Shown: positions 24,810 through 38,046 of the stretch, piece by piece
Position numbering within the stretch: position 1 is the first letter of the stretch
Layout of the letters: the number at the start of each line of letters is the position of its first letter
NCBI RefSeq assembly: GCF_006345805.1
Contig: NC_043021.1
Location: forward strand, 21,266,001-21,330,000
Length of the DNA stretch: 64,000 bases
Source: Octopus sinensis
Lineage: Eukaryota
Direction of reading: 5' to 3'
Translations under genes and position numbers: made by a program
The notes under the pieces: generated by a model
Told to the model about the DNA's origin: nothing
Seen by the model: the letters and a program-made list of their open reading frames with translations, nothing else
Database searches by the model: none

Positions 24810-25019
24810 CCCTTTAGCATTCAAACCGGCCAAAATATTTAACCTGTTTTATATTGAAACTGACCAGATCTCGCCTCTCACCTCAGCCCTACCATGTCAT
24901 TCTAAAACTGAAAAATCACATCACTGAAATCTCTAAACTACAAGATAATGCAGGATTAATTCAAACCATTTTAAATAAACAAACATCACATTTGACAGAA
25001 TAATCTGAACACTAAAGAG
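24810..25019. mobile_element. piggyBac-type MITE, second family
   Basis: TTAA at 24806-24809 and 25020-25023; ends ccctttagcatt / actaaagag; a reversed diverged relative at 27632-27851. Confidence 0.7.
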
Positions 25020-25313
25020 TTAAACTGTTGCAAGCCAGTTTTTTCTTGCAGGAAAGATATAAACAGGGAGAAGATTCTAGATGTTGAAGTTTGGAGGAGG
25101 AAGGAATGGGTTGTAGCGGACAAGTTTGGGGCCTGTAGGGTTAGACACAACAAGCGCGGAAAGAGGTGGGTCGAGTGGAAATTGCCTGAATAAAAGAGCT
25201 ACAAGACCAGCCACCCAGCCAGCTCAAAGGAGCCGAAGCCATTATAATAGCAACAGAAAATGCAGACAAGAGAACAAAGACCGGCGTGAGCATGTTGTGT
25301 GTATTCATGTGTA

Positions 25314-25524
25314 TACTCTTTTACTCTTTTCAGTCATTTGACTGCAGCCATGCTGGAGCACCGCCTTTTAGTCGAGCAAATCGACCCCGGGACTTATTCT
25401 TTTGTAAGCCCAGTGCTTATTCTATCAGTCTCTTTTGCCGAACTGCTAAGTGACGGGGACGTAAACACACCAGCATCGGTTGTCAAGCAATGCTAGGGGG
25501 ACAAACACAGACACACAAACATAT

Positions 25525-25555
<31 letters not shown>

Positions 25556-25658
25556 CACATACATATACACGACAGGCTTCTTTCAGTTTCCGTCTACCAA
25601 ATCCACTCACAAGGCATTGGTCGGCCCAGGGCTATAGCAGAAGACACTTGCCCAAGAT
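25314..25658 (-). mobile_element. SINE family A, 5'-truncated
   Basis: Reverse tail, spacer, partial head. Confidence 0.9.
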
Positions 25659-25743
25659 GTGTCCATTTAAGAGTCATCATCATCGTTGTCATTTAAAATA
25701 CTTCTATGCTGGTATAGGCTGGACAGTTTGACAGGAGCTGGTT

Positions 25744-26273
25744 TGGCTCAGTGGTTAGAGCAGTGCATTTCAACCTTTTTGCTGGAGCGGAACCCCCAAG
25801 GAAACATTTCACTGGCTCGAGGAACCCCTGTGCAATAATTTAATTGTCTTATGCACACATATCTGCACAGGAGAATTAAAAATTACTGTCGATTTTAGCA
25901 TTTTTGTAACTTCTTGCGGAACCCTGGTTGAAAACCATTGGGTTAGAGCATTGGGTTCATAATCACGAGGTAGTGAGTTTGATTACCAGAGTGGTCTGTG
26001 TGTTGCATTCTTGAGCAAGACACTTTATTTCACATTGCTCCAGTTCACTCAGCTGTAGAAATGAGTTGCGACATCACTGGTGCCAAACTGTATCGGCCCC
26101 TTTGCCTTTCCTTTGGATAACATCAGTGGCGTGGAGAGAGGAGGCTGTTATGCATGGGTGACTTCTGGTCTTCCATAAACAACCTTGCCCAGACTTGTGC
26201 CTTGGAGGGGAACATTTTAGGTGCAATTCCATGGCCATTCATGACCAAAGGGGGTCTTTACCCTTTTTACCCT
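25744..26273 (+). mobile_element. SINE family C interrupted by a hAT MITE
   Basis: Head tggctcagtggttagag is split at 25760/25941. Confidence 0.85.
25761..25940. mobile_element. hAT (Charlie-like) MITE, 180 bp, 8-bp TSD GGTTAGAG
   Basis: TIRs cagtgcatttcaacc / ggttgaaaaccattg; TSD at 25753-25760 and 25941-25948. Confidence 0.9.
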
Positions 26274-26371
26274 GCATACACTCATGTTACATGGAGAGGT
26301 ATATAAGTGAAATGGCACAGAGGATTGGATAGAGTGAGTGGGTAAATAAATTCACAAGAATGTGAAAGAGT

Positions 26372-26758
26372 GGCGCAGGAGTGGCTGTGTGGTAAGTAGC
26401 TTGCTTACCAACCGGGTTCAGTCCCACTGAGTGGCACCTTGGGCAAGTGTCTTCTACTATAGCCTCGGGCCGAACAAAGACTTGTGAGTGGATTTGGTAG
26501 ACGGAAACTAAAAGAAGCCCGTCGTATATATGTATATATATATATATATGTGTGTCTGTGTTTGTCCCCCTAGCATTGCTTGACAACCGATGCTGGTGTG
26601 TTTATGTTCCCATTACTTAGCGGTTCGGCAAAAGAGATCGATAGAATAAGTACTGGGCTTACAAAAGAATAAGTCCCGGGGTCGAGTTGCTCGATTAAAG
26701 GCGGTGCTCCAGCATGGCCGCAGTCAAATGACTGAAACAAGTAAAAGAGTAAAGAGTA
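26372..26758 (+). mobile_element. SINE family A
   Basis: Full architecture, small deletion in head. Confidence 0.9.
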
Positions 26759-27631
26759 TATATATATATATATATCATATACCAAATATCAGGCTACCAA
26801 AAATATTACATTAATATTTGTTAATAATACAGCTGACAAGAAAAATATTGGAATTTTGTGTTTGTGTGTGTGATTGCAACTAATCTATTTAATAGAAAAG
26901 CATATGATCAATTTAAATCTATTTTTATGAATAACAGGTGAATCTGATTGTAAAATTTAGCACATCACTATACTTAGAATTAATGCAATATATTTTGAAT
27001 TTTGTTTTCTTTTATCTTTGGATATACAACATAAGTGTTTTAAGAAGTTTGTTTTGGAACAGCTTAATTTCACATTTAGGTATGACTGTGGTAAGAAGTT
27101 TGCTTTCCAACCACATAGTTTTGGGTTCAGTCCCACTTCAAAGCACCTTGTGTTTTCTAATCTAGCCACGGGCTGACCAAGGTGTTGTGAGTGGATTTGG
27201 GAAATAGAAGCTGAAAGAAGCCCATCATATACATCATAGGTATGTGTAAATGTGCGATTTACTCTCTCCTTGCTTTGACATTGCATGATAGTTGTAAGCA
27301 AGTGTCCCTGTCATACAAGCAGCGTCCTTTGTTTTCAATGTCTTGAGACATATCTGGTCATGGGGAAATATTACCTTACTGGGAAACAGGTGAAGATTGG
27401 TGACTGGAAGGGCATCTGGCTGTAGAAAATCCACTGTAACAAATTCTGTCTGACCCATGTGTGCATGGAAATGTGGACAATAAGATGATGAGGATTTCCC
27501 TTGTGTAGCATCTTGGATGAATATCTTCTAGTCTTGTCTGAGCTTGACCAATGTTTTGCGATTCAAATTTGGTAAATGGAAACTGGGCAATTCTAACTCC
27601 AAAATGACACTTTTATGAAAGCACATTTTAA

Positions 27632-27851
27632 CCTTTTAACATTCAGATTACTTGGTCAAATGCAATGCATATTTATCCACTTTATTTTGAATTAATCATG
27701 CATCATCTTGTAGCTTTGAGATTTCAATAATGTGATTGTTTATTACCAAAACGGCATTGTAGAGTAGATGTGAAAGGCTGGTTCTGGCCAGTTTGAATGT
27801 AAAACAGATGGTATATTAGGGTCAGATATGGCTAGTTTAAATCCTAAAAGA
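27632..27851. mobile_element. Diverged piggyBac-type MITE (family of 24810-25019, opposite orientation)
   Basis: ttaa-ccttttaacattcagatt...; internal sequence reverse-similar to 24810-25019. Confidence 0.55.
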
Positions 27852-28174
27852 TTGTTTGCTATGGTTACTTTTTACCTTGTTTTAACACAAAAGGTTATCA
27901 AATTTATCTGTATGTCAGCTAGAAGTAGAATGTTAATTGTAAAGAATTACAAATGATGAATATTAAAACTTAAATATAATAGACACAGCCATGGCAATAT
28001 GATTAAGAAGTTCACGTGGCTTCTTGTTCAGTCCTGCTTTATGGCATCCAGGTTAAGTGACTTCTGCTATAGCTCCAGGTCAACCAATGTCATGTGAGTG
28101 AATCTGATAGATGGAATCTGTGGAAGCCTGCCATGTATGTGTGTGTATAATATATATACACAAGCATATGTATA

Positions 28175-28486
28175 ATCTTTATATATAAAACTAAAGTTGT
28201 GTGTGTGTGTGTGTGTCTGTCTACTCCAATTTAGATTCCTAACTACTCCCACATTTTGCGGTGCTGTTTAACCAAAAGCAGGTATCTTATAGTCGTGATT
28301 CATATCAAGCCCTTCTGGGTATTAGCGTGCGTCTACGCTGAGTCTACGATTTTAAAAAAATTTACCATCATTTTTCCACATTTTTAATGATTTTTGCTTG
28401 GGTTATATAAGGGAAGTAACTCTCTAAAAATGCTTATATAGTTATTTCCCTTACAAATCCGAGCAACGCCGGGCGATACTGCTAGT
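28175..28486 (-). mobile_element. Helitron-type non-autonomous element
   Basis: Reverse of 19057-19349; 5' end ...gccgggcgatactgctagt abuts (TA)n. Confidence 0.65.
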
Positions 28487-28506
28487 ATATATATATATAT
28501 ATATAT

Positions 28507-29100
28507 CTTGGGTCATTCCATAAATAATGTGGTTTTTTTCACTGCATGAACTAAAATTTGGAGGGGGATGGGGTAAACTACCTGCATCAACTTGCAATAA
28601 AAAGAGCAAGTTTTGAAGAGTGCAGTTCGATTTTAACACTTATCTTTTCAAAGCTATAATGGAAGGAGCATATTCAGCATATTTGGTCTATGAGTTCAAT
28701 AAAGGCAACAACACAATGGAAAGTGCAAGCAATATTAATACAGTATATGGGGATTGGACAATAAGCATAAGCCAGTGTCAACGGTGGTTCCAGAAATGCT
28801 GAGCTGGAAACTACAGCCTAGAAGATGAGCCTTCTCCTGGAAGATTTGTAGAGCTCGATAAGGACATCCTGCAAACTTTGGTAGAGCAAAATCCTATGGT
28901 AACTGTTGAGGAACTAGCAGACAAGCTTGGATTTGGTCACTCAACCTTTCATCGACACCTATGTGCCATCAGAAAAGTCAGTAAATTGGATCAGTGGGTT
29001 CCTCACAGTCTTTCCAAGTCTAATCATGCACAGAGAGTGAATGTCTGCTCTTCTTTGCTGCCATGTCTCACAATAGACTTTTTTAGACCGAATAGTGACT
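28507..29100 (+). mobile_element. Mariner transposon relic (left TIR + HTH region of transposase), truncated
   Basis: TIR ttgggtcattccataaataatgtg; peptides YEFNKGNN..SQCQRWFQK and VEQNPMVTVEELADKLGFGHSTFHRHL...KLDQWVPHSL (mariner WVPH motif); stops/frameshifts. Confidence 0.88.
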
Positions 29101-29457
29101 GGCAATGGCATATCAGATCAAAGCATAGAGGTATGTACCTGTATATGTGTGACAGTTGAAGAGAGGCTTTAATGTGGGTGGAATTAACAGATGTGATTAC
29201 CAGGAATATGGGGCGAGTGAATTTAAAGATCAAATCTATAGCAATGAGAGAAAACTAATAATGACTAAAACAAGAGAAAGATAAATGATAGCATCTTCTA
29301 TACCTTATACAATTGTTGTTTAGTCCCAAACCAGCTGTAATTAAGTGAATCTATAATTAAAGATATTCCAACTATGAAAATCTTATTTCTCCTCAGAGAC
29401 ACTACACATAAAAATACATTATTCCTATATATCCTTCTTGTTTCTAAGATGTTAGGC

Positions 29458-29680
29458 CAGTGCTTTTCAACCTTTTTGCTGGAGCGGAACCCCCAAGAAA
29501 ACATTCCACTGGCTCGAGGAACCCCTGTGCAATAATTTAATTGTCTTATGCACACATATCTACACAGGAGAATTAAAAATCACTGTCGATTTTTTAGCAG
29601 TTTTGGTAACTTCTTGCGGAACCCCTGGACTGTACTGGCGGAACCCTGAGGTTCCGCGGAACCCTGGTTGAAAACCACTG
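29458..29680. mobile_element. hAT (Charlie-like) MITE, 223 bp, 8-bp TSD TGTTAGGC
   Basis: TIRs cagtgcttttcaacc / ggttgaaaaccactg; TSD at 29450-29457 and 29681-29688. Confidence 0.9.
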
Positions 29681-30058
29681 TGTTAGGCTATCATTTGAGT
29701 GAGATTCAGTTCCTGTTTCTAGCAGGCTGAGTGCTCATGTACTTACAGAGTCTTCCCTTTTGACTCCAGCAGCCCATACATACTAGTTTCTCCATGGTAC
29801 ACTCTGTGATATCTATATATCATGCTGTCCAATAAATCACAAGAAAAAAACGTGAATGCTCTGAGAATTGAATTCCTTTTATAGAACAACATGGCTCTGG
29901 TTTTCCGATTTAATAGCAACGGAGATCAAAGACAAGGGAAAAGCGATATTCTTATGGAGCCAACCTAATAAGTTGCTATCAGAGAAGTTGTAGAGTTACA
30001 GGAAATCTTGTTTGTTCTTTGAGAAAGTAAAATATACTTTAGATGCTCTTTAGACACA

Positions 30059-30097
<39 letters not shown>

Positions 30098-30175
30098 GAA
30101 CACACACACACACAAGAACACATGCACTGAATAATAGCTTACATTTTTATCATTGCTATCCTTACTTCTTACTAG

Positions 30176-30435
30176 TTTATATATATATATGTATGCACAT
30201 ACATATACCTATACACACATGCAGGTACTTATATATGTACATATATATTTGTGTGTATGTATATCTGTATGTGTATGTATGTATGTATGTATATGTATGT
30301 ATATATGTGTAAATACAAGTATGTGTATATGTATGTATAGATGTGTACATATATGTGTGTGTATGTGTGTGTATGTACATATGCATTCATATATGCATAT
30401 TTATGTGTGTGTGTGTGCATATATATTTATGTATA
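30176..30435. repeat. (TG)/(TA)/(TATG) microsatellite array
   Basis: Direct reading. Confidence 0.9.
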
Positions 30436-30574
30436 TAAATATTTGTATCATTCATAGTCAAAATCTGTAGTTTGGTGAAAAAGAAATAGTATTTCATAAA
30501 TACAGGTTGGTAATATCGAAGGTATAATTTTAAAACCTTATAATGTTTATGTGGAGAGTGTATAATAAAAATGA

Positions 30575-30605
<31 letters not shown>

Positions 30606-30613
30606 CACACACA

Positions 30614-30862
30614 CATCATCATCATTGTTTAACGTCCACTTTCCATGCTAGCATGGGTTGGACGAATGACTGAGGGCTGGTGAACCAGATGGCTGCACCA
30701 GGCTTCAATCTTGATCTGGCAGAGTTTCTACAGCTTGATGCCCTTCCTAACACCAACCACTCCGAGAGCGTAGTGGGTGTTTTAGGTGCCACCGGCACGG
30801 GGCCAGTCAGGCGGTACTGGCAACGACCTCGCTCGAATCTTCTACACATGCCACCGGTGCAC
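30614..30862 (-). mobile_element. RTE 3' UTR fragment
   Basis: catcatcatcattgtttaacgtccactttccatgctagcatggg... Confidence 0.85.
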
Positions 30863-32020
30863 AAATATATACAGTCATATATACACATATATACACAGAT
30901 ACGTATCTACATATACATGTGCACACACATATATACATATACACACGTATATAGAATGTGCTCTGATTGTTGAGTCTCATGGAGGAGATGACAGAGTGCT
31001 AAAATGATTGGTGATTTGCAGTGCTCAAGAAGATTTGTCTATCTCAACACAAAGCCTTAAAAGCATACCAGCTATGTCTGTCTCTGTACTCAATCTGTTC
31101 TAGACTAGCCTTTTCCTCACAACTCAACTTCCTTACATGTCCTCCCATCACTCTACTGACTACGGCACATTTCACTCAGCTGTTGTATTTGTTGGAGTGA
31201 AACTGCACATATTTTATTCCCTGCCTTTTTGTGCTTCTACTCACCTTCCCTGGGGCCACTTTCTTTGTCTTCCATGTTCTGGGTGTCATCCCTTACCACT
31301 ATCTTCCACTAAACACCCCTCCTACCTCCACTTTCCACTTCTACATTTTATTATTCTGCTAATGCCACACCCCACTACTTAAGTTTTTCTGCTACTATTT
31401 CTACCTTTATGTATCTCTGACCTCATCCCTGGCATTGTGCATCTATCACACACGACTCATACTTCACATCACCTATGCTGTCAGCTATTGCCTCCACCTT
31501 CTCTCCATCAAAACTGATACTTACCTCTGACCACGTCTCCACTTGTATTTATCATTCTCTGCATTCACTTTTGCCTCCATCTCTATCCATCTCTTATTCT
31601 TCTTTCACACCCTCACAAACTTACGTACACATTAATCCTGTCCAATACTCCGGATCACTTCTTTTACCCTGTAACTCAAGGGTGTGCCTCTTCATCATTA
31701 TCTTCTCTCCTTTTCCAACTGGGGTAGCTATGTATTTTCTCTACTGCAAGGCTCCTGTCTCTGCCTCTCTATCATAATTTAACTTCTCATCACCTGGCGC
31801 AAAGCCATTTCCCTCAATACTGTCCTACCCTCAGCTGAGGAGTCTTATCATGTTACTTTGTGACCTCACTAGTGCTGGTACCACATAAAAAAGCACCTGA
31901 TGCACTGTGAATTGGTGTTAGGAAGGATATTCAGTCATAGAAGCCATGCCAAAGTAGACATTGGAACTTGGCACACTCCTCTGGCTCAACATTTATAACA
32001 GTTGATATATATATATATAT

Positions 32021-32205
32021 TCAAAATGTGACCACGTGTGTACCGTTGGCGATTTTTTTCCCTCTGTCTTCCCTTCTCCTATGTTTCCGACGAAGAGCTC
32101 CACTCGAAACGTTAAACCCTCCTTCTTTCCTGAGCGTCCAATAATACTATATTTGTTCCACGTCCTCGCGTTGTGTTTTTTTGTGCTTTCTTGTTTGGAT
32201 TAACT
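32021..32205 (+). mobile_element. Penelope-like terminal repeat carrying a minimal hammerhead-ribozyme motif
   Basis: Near-identical to 38047-38254; contains GTTT-CCGACGA-A-GAG-ctcca-CTC-GAAA-CGTT-AAAC (32083-32117); embedded in (TA)n. Confidence 0.6.
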
Positions 32206-32639
32206 ATATATATATATATATATATCATTGTTTAATGTAATATATGCATAATATTCACACACACATTCATACATATGTCTATATATGCATATGTGTGTGT
32301 GTGTGTTGTTATGTCCTGTTATTTGTGTTTGTGTAACATTACTCCGTTTTTTTACCATCCTTGTTTTTGTATACATTCGCTGCTTTCTTCCAAGGAATCT
32401 AATGCTCTTAGCTTAGTTTTTCCTTGGGGATGGCCAGATTGGAGCAATCTCGAGTATAACCAGCCGAAATTGCAAAGATAATCTGGAACTTGACTGAGGA
32501 AAGAAAACTCCAAATGACCTGTCCTTGTTTTCTTTGTATTGCCTGTCTGGATGTTTTGTTGTCCGTTTTTTGTATCACCTAACTGTCTGGATGTTTTACA
32601 TTCTTGCCCCATTTTTGTATTATATATATATATATGTAT

Positions 32640-32810
32640 GTGTGTGTGTTTGTGTGTATCCCCCTAGCATTGCTTGACAACCGATGCTGGTGTGTTTATG
32701 TCTCCGTTACTTAGCGGTTCGGCAAAAGAGACCGATAGAATAAGTACTGGGCTTACAAAGAATGTCCGGGGTCGAAATGACTGAAACAAGTAAAAGAGTA
32801 AAAGAGTATA
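32640..32810 (+). mobile_element. SINE family A 3' half
   Basis: cctagcattgcttgacaaccgatgc... aagtaaaagagtaaaagag with internal deletion. Confidence 0.85.
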
Positions 32811-33418
32811 TATATAATCTTCATTTAAAGTCCCTGTTCTATGCTGGCATGCATTGAATGGCTTGGAAGGATCTGATATGTACAAGGACTGCTCTGTGCT
32901 CCAGTGTTTGTTTGGCAAGGTTCTCCCACTAGCACTTGTACATACTTTCAAGTATTTATAGTTCATGACTATAAATCCTGAGTGGGTAGGGAGAACTTTA
33001 TGTGAGGTAAATAAGGAGTAGGGTGGAGTAAGGTATGAAAGAAAGGGCCAGAGTAGAACAGGTTTCTTGCTGATGGCTGGTTATCAAAACCTTTTAAAAA
33101 AGTAATGTAAATGTAAGTATCTATGATGTTCTGTTATCTATGATTAGATAAGGGTTGATGAATTGGCAATCATAAGAGTGCAGGATAGCTTTCTTGACAG
33201 TCCTGTAATGGGGTCAATTCTCTTTCCTTCTTTTCTGGAAGAAACTGGCTACAGTGAGGCCCAGAGAGGAATATGTTCTGTCAGGTGAGAAAGGCTAAAC
33301 ACATGTCATGTGTCATGATATTACTCCTAGAAGTCCATTAAGAGTCAAGGGTTGAAAGAAAGAAAAAAGAAAGAAAGAAGGATCTGTAATGATAATTTTA
33401 ACAGTGTGGATAATGTAG

Positions 33419-33733
33419 TCATCATCATCGTTTAACATCCGTTTTCTGCGCTAGCACGGGTTGGACGGTTCGACCAGGGTCTGGGAAGCCAGGGGCTGCA
33501 CCAGGCTCCAGTCTGATATGGCAGTGTTTCTACAGCTGGATGCCCTTCCTAACGCCAACCACTCTGCGAGTGTAGTGGGTGCTTTTTACGTGCCACCAGC
33601 ACAGGTGCCAGGGGAGTCTGGCATCGGCCACGATCGGTTGGTACTTTTAACGTGCCACCGGCACGGAAGCCAGCCAAGGCGGCGCTGGCATCAGCCACAT
33701 TCGGATGGTGCTTTTTATGTGCCACCGGCATGG
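33419..33733 (-). mobile_element. RTE 3' UTR fragment
   Basis: tcatcatcatcgtttaacatccg... with gtgccacc repeat units. Confidence 0.88.
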
Positions 33734-35100
33734 CTGTGTAGTAAAAAGTTTGCTACATGATTTTGAGTTCAGTTCCACTGTATGGCACCTTGGTTAAGGG
33801 TCTTTGGCCTTGAGAGTGGATTTAATAAACAGAAACTGAAAGAAACTCATCATATGTATATGTATATATATGTATATTACTGTTTCTTTGCCTTAACGTC
33901 AAGTGATAATTGTCCCACTCAGGGTTTCTTTCATTTCCAATCTTCTGTGGAAACAAGTCTGGTCATGAAGAAATACTACCTTGGTTGGCAACAGGGAGAG
34001 TATCCAGCCATTGAAAAAATCTACTTCAACTAATCCCGTTCAACCCTTGCAAGCATTGGTAAGTGGAGATTAAAATGATGACGACGATGCTGATGTATAA
34101 AAAAAGGAGACAAAAAATCATTTTCTTAAAGTTATTACCTCAATAGAACAACCTTGAAATGTTAATTAATGAAAATTAATTAAAACCGGAACATAGTCAA
34201 TCAAGTGTGGACTCTCTTACTGTTTAACCTTATAGAAATAACAAACTCTGCCCCAGTTCAATCCTGATTGAATCGAACTATGATTAAGGGTGTTGCATTT
34301 GAAGCTATCCCATTTTATTTTTGTTATTTCTTTTTTCTGGCAGTGTATGTAGTATGTAGGAGACTCCTCCATATTTCAGAATGGAAATCAGATGTTGTGT
34401 TTGAGATTGAAGAACTTAATAGCTAATTTCAAAACAGATAATTTCACATAATTAAATGGCATTATTTGCTAAGAATAGCTGATACCTCTCACCTGTAGTG
34501 TTTTTTTCATTTACTTGTACACTTATGATACAAGCTATATATATACACACACACACACACATACATCCTTTATAATTCTTACACTGGCAAGCACACGTAT
34601 GCACAAACGTGCAAGCAGATGCTTATACACCCTTGCATGTCCACATACATTCTAACTTATGCACACACATAAACACATGCATACACACATATGCATTCAT
34701 AGAATATCTTAATATCATTCATAGAGAATTCTTATTCTCCCCACCCCCACCCCCACTTAAAAATTTCAAATGAGTTGATGTAAAACTCTGATTGTGGACG
34801 TCTTTGATTAAATATTTCCAAATTGATTAGTTTTCAAGTGAATTTCATAAACTTAATTAAAAAAAAAAAAGCAAGAACAAGAAGTGATAAATCACAACAA
34901 CAACAACAACAAATAATGTGTTAATGAGAATAATTTTCATCTCCTTGTAGCCTCATCTAAATTACTTGTCTTTTCTTTTCTTTTACTAGTATTGGTCATT
35001 AGACTGTAGCCACGACGGAAATACCGCCTTTCAAGAGTTTTTACTCATACCGGTTCCAGCTTTTATTTTAGTCTTATTTTATCCATGAAAGGAAAAAAAA

Positions 35101-35418
35101 GAAGGCACATGGCTCAGTGGTTAGAGCGTCGGGCTTACAATCATGAGGTAGTGTGTTGGATTCCTGGACCTGGCTGTGTGTTGTGTTCTTGAGCAAGACA
35201 CTCAGCTGTAGAAGTGATTTGTGAAGTCACTGATGCCAAGCTCTACTGACCTTCGCCTTTTCTTTGGATAACATCAGTGGTGTGGAGAGGGGAGGCTGGT
35301 GTGCATGGGTGACTGCTGGTTTTTCATAAACAACCTTGCCTGGACTTGTGCCTCAGAGGGTAACTTTCTAGGTACAATCCCATGGTCATTCATGACCAAA
35401 GTGGGGACTTTACCCTTT
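35101..35418 (+). mobile_element. SINE family C
   Basis: gaaggcacatggctcagtggttagagc...cttgagcaagacac. Confidence 0.85.
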
Positions 35419-35579
35419 AGTTTATCCATGACTTTTTATTGAATAATTAAACTATCTTCTGTAGTTCAGAATCAAGAAACCAAGATAGGGTACCTGGCAC
35501 CAGGAATGTCAACAAGTGTTCAGTGCCCTCTGCCAGTTGGACAATGTACTTTGTGCCAAAATTTGAAGCCATTACTCTT

Positions 35580-36600
35580 AAGGCGGCAACCTGGCAGAAT
35601 CATTCACATGTTGAACAAAATGCTTTGCAGCAGTACTTTTCGCTCTTTACATTCTGAGTTCAAATTCTTCCACAGTAAACTTGCCCTTCACCCTTTTAGG
35701 TTGATAAAATAAAGTACAAACCAAATACTGGGATTGATGTAATAATTAACTTGTCCCTCCCGTCAAATTTCTGACCCTGTACCAAAATTAGAAACATTAT
35801 TATTGTCATTACTGGAACACTGAATTGGTGGAAATATCAAAGTCTGAAAAATTACCTAGTGGTGTTTGTTCTAGTTCTTTACATTCTGAGTTCAAATCAC
35901 TCTGAGATCAACTTTGTCTTTCATTTTTCTGGGGCCAATAAAATGAAGTAAGTACTGAGGTTGACTAAATTGACCGTTCTCCTTGTAGTAGAAACAGTTA
36001 TCCTCTGGGGTGGGGGGGTCAATAAAAAACGTAACAGTTACGTATTAGACAGCAATAGTATTGATTAGCTCCCTTCTCCAAAACTGTTGGTAATGTGCCT
36101 AAATCAGAGATGACATCATTATTATTAAGACGGCAAATGGTAGAATTGTTTGCACATTGGACAAAATCTTAAATGGCATTTCTTCAGGCTTTTTACATTC
36201 TGAGTTCAAATTCCGCTGAGGTTGGCTTTGCTTTTCATCCTTTCAGGGTTGATAAATTAAGTACCAGTGAAACACTGGGGTTGATATAATCAGTTAGTCC
36301 TCTCCCCCCAAATTTCAGGCCTTGTGCCTATAGTAGAAAGGATTATTATTATTATTATTATTACTATTAAGGTGGTGAGCTGGCAGAACTGTTAGCATGT
36401 TGGACAAAATGCTGAGCAGCATTTGGCTGTCTTTATGTTCTGAGTTCAAACAATGCCAAGGTCGACTTTGCCTCTCATCCTTTCAGGGCTCAGTGAAATA
36501 AGTACCAGTTAATCACTGGTGTTGATATAATGGACTAGCTTCCTTCCCGCAACATTTCAAGCCTTGTGCCTATTATAGTAAAGGCATTGTTATCATCATC
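35580..36600 (+). mobile_element. Cluster of ~4 decayed family D/E SINEs head-to-tail
   Basis: Repeated ttctgagttcaaa...ctttcatcc...aagtac.ag modules separated by (ATT)n/(ATC)n. Confidence 0.75.
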
Positions 36601-37018
36601 ATCATCATTACATTCTATGTTATGTCCTGTTTTCTTTCAAGATTCAATGTGAGATACTTTTATTCACCCAGTTCATATATTTATATATTTAGCACAACAC
36701 CATTAACATGAATTTCTGCGGAGAGGAGAGACGGATAATAACTGATAGCAATGTCAGTTATAATCAGAGAAATATTTGTTTTATATGTTTCCATATGTTT
36801 TTTTTTTTTTGTATATCTGCTTCAGCTATTTCATTATATTATTGCTGTTTCTATCTCCCTTTATAACCTCTCACATCTATTTTTCAACTGATGTTTACAT
36901 ACATACCTACATGTGTAGACATGCTCACATACATACACACACGTCTTATTTCTGGTTTCAAAATATTCACCGGGAGTCCACTGTCAGGTGAGCATTTCTA
37001 TTGATGAAGTGCTTCGAG

Positions 37019-37061
<43 letters not shown>

Positions 37062-38046
37062 TAGTAATATAGTTGTAACAGTGGCAGTAATAAGGATGAT
37101 AAGTTTTTTATTAGCCTCAAGGGCTCAGAGACAATGAGGACATTACAAAGAACAGCATACAACACAGCAAGGGAGTTTACATAGAATATATAAAAAGAGA
37201 TAAAAAGAAAAAGGAAGAAAAAAAAAGAGAGAAACAAGAAATAATAATATAATACCTTCCAGCCATTTTGATATACTTTGGCATTGTAGAAATGGCTTTC
37301 TTTCTTTGTTTTTTACTCTCTGCTAAACATGTACATACACAAACATCAAAAACATTCTTTTGTTGCAAAGAAACATTGGTATTGAAGTTTCACATCTCCA
37401 AATTCAATTTTTTGTTTTTTTTTTACTTGGAAGTCAAGTAATTTTTTTTCTTTTTTTTCGCACTTATTTATTTTTTTTCAATGTATTTATTTGGAATTTT
37501 TATATGTTTTTGCCATTTTCATCATCCTATTTTCCGAAATAGTAAATTATGTAACATCTCACCCTCAACCAGACTATTTTTCTGAGTTGGCAATATTAAT
37601 ATTACCTGTTTTTCTCATCTGCTATGATTCTTTCCTTTGTACCACCACCTTTATATATATATATATATATATATACACATACACACACACACACACATTT
37701 TAGATAAAGATAGTTATATCTGATCTATGGGGTTACCTAGGTTTCATGTCCATAAAGTATTTTGTTCTCTGGTATTTGTTCAGACCCTGATGGACGGTGG
37801 CCTATAACCTCGCTTCAAGGAGGAGGGAGAAAAGACCTCATAGCTTCTTGTTGAACACACAGGCAAAGGAGAAGGGTTAAGAGTAAGGGATTGTCTCTCT
37901 CTTAGACCCCTATTTATAGTCAATGTGGTCAGCTTGTGGGTTTCAGGATTTCGGTAGAAATCTCCTGAAGTGTAAGCAGGGTCCAAAGACTTCCATCCTA
38001 CATAAATCCACACATATATATATATATATATATATTTTTTTTTTTT

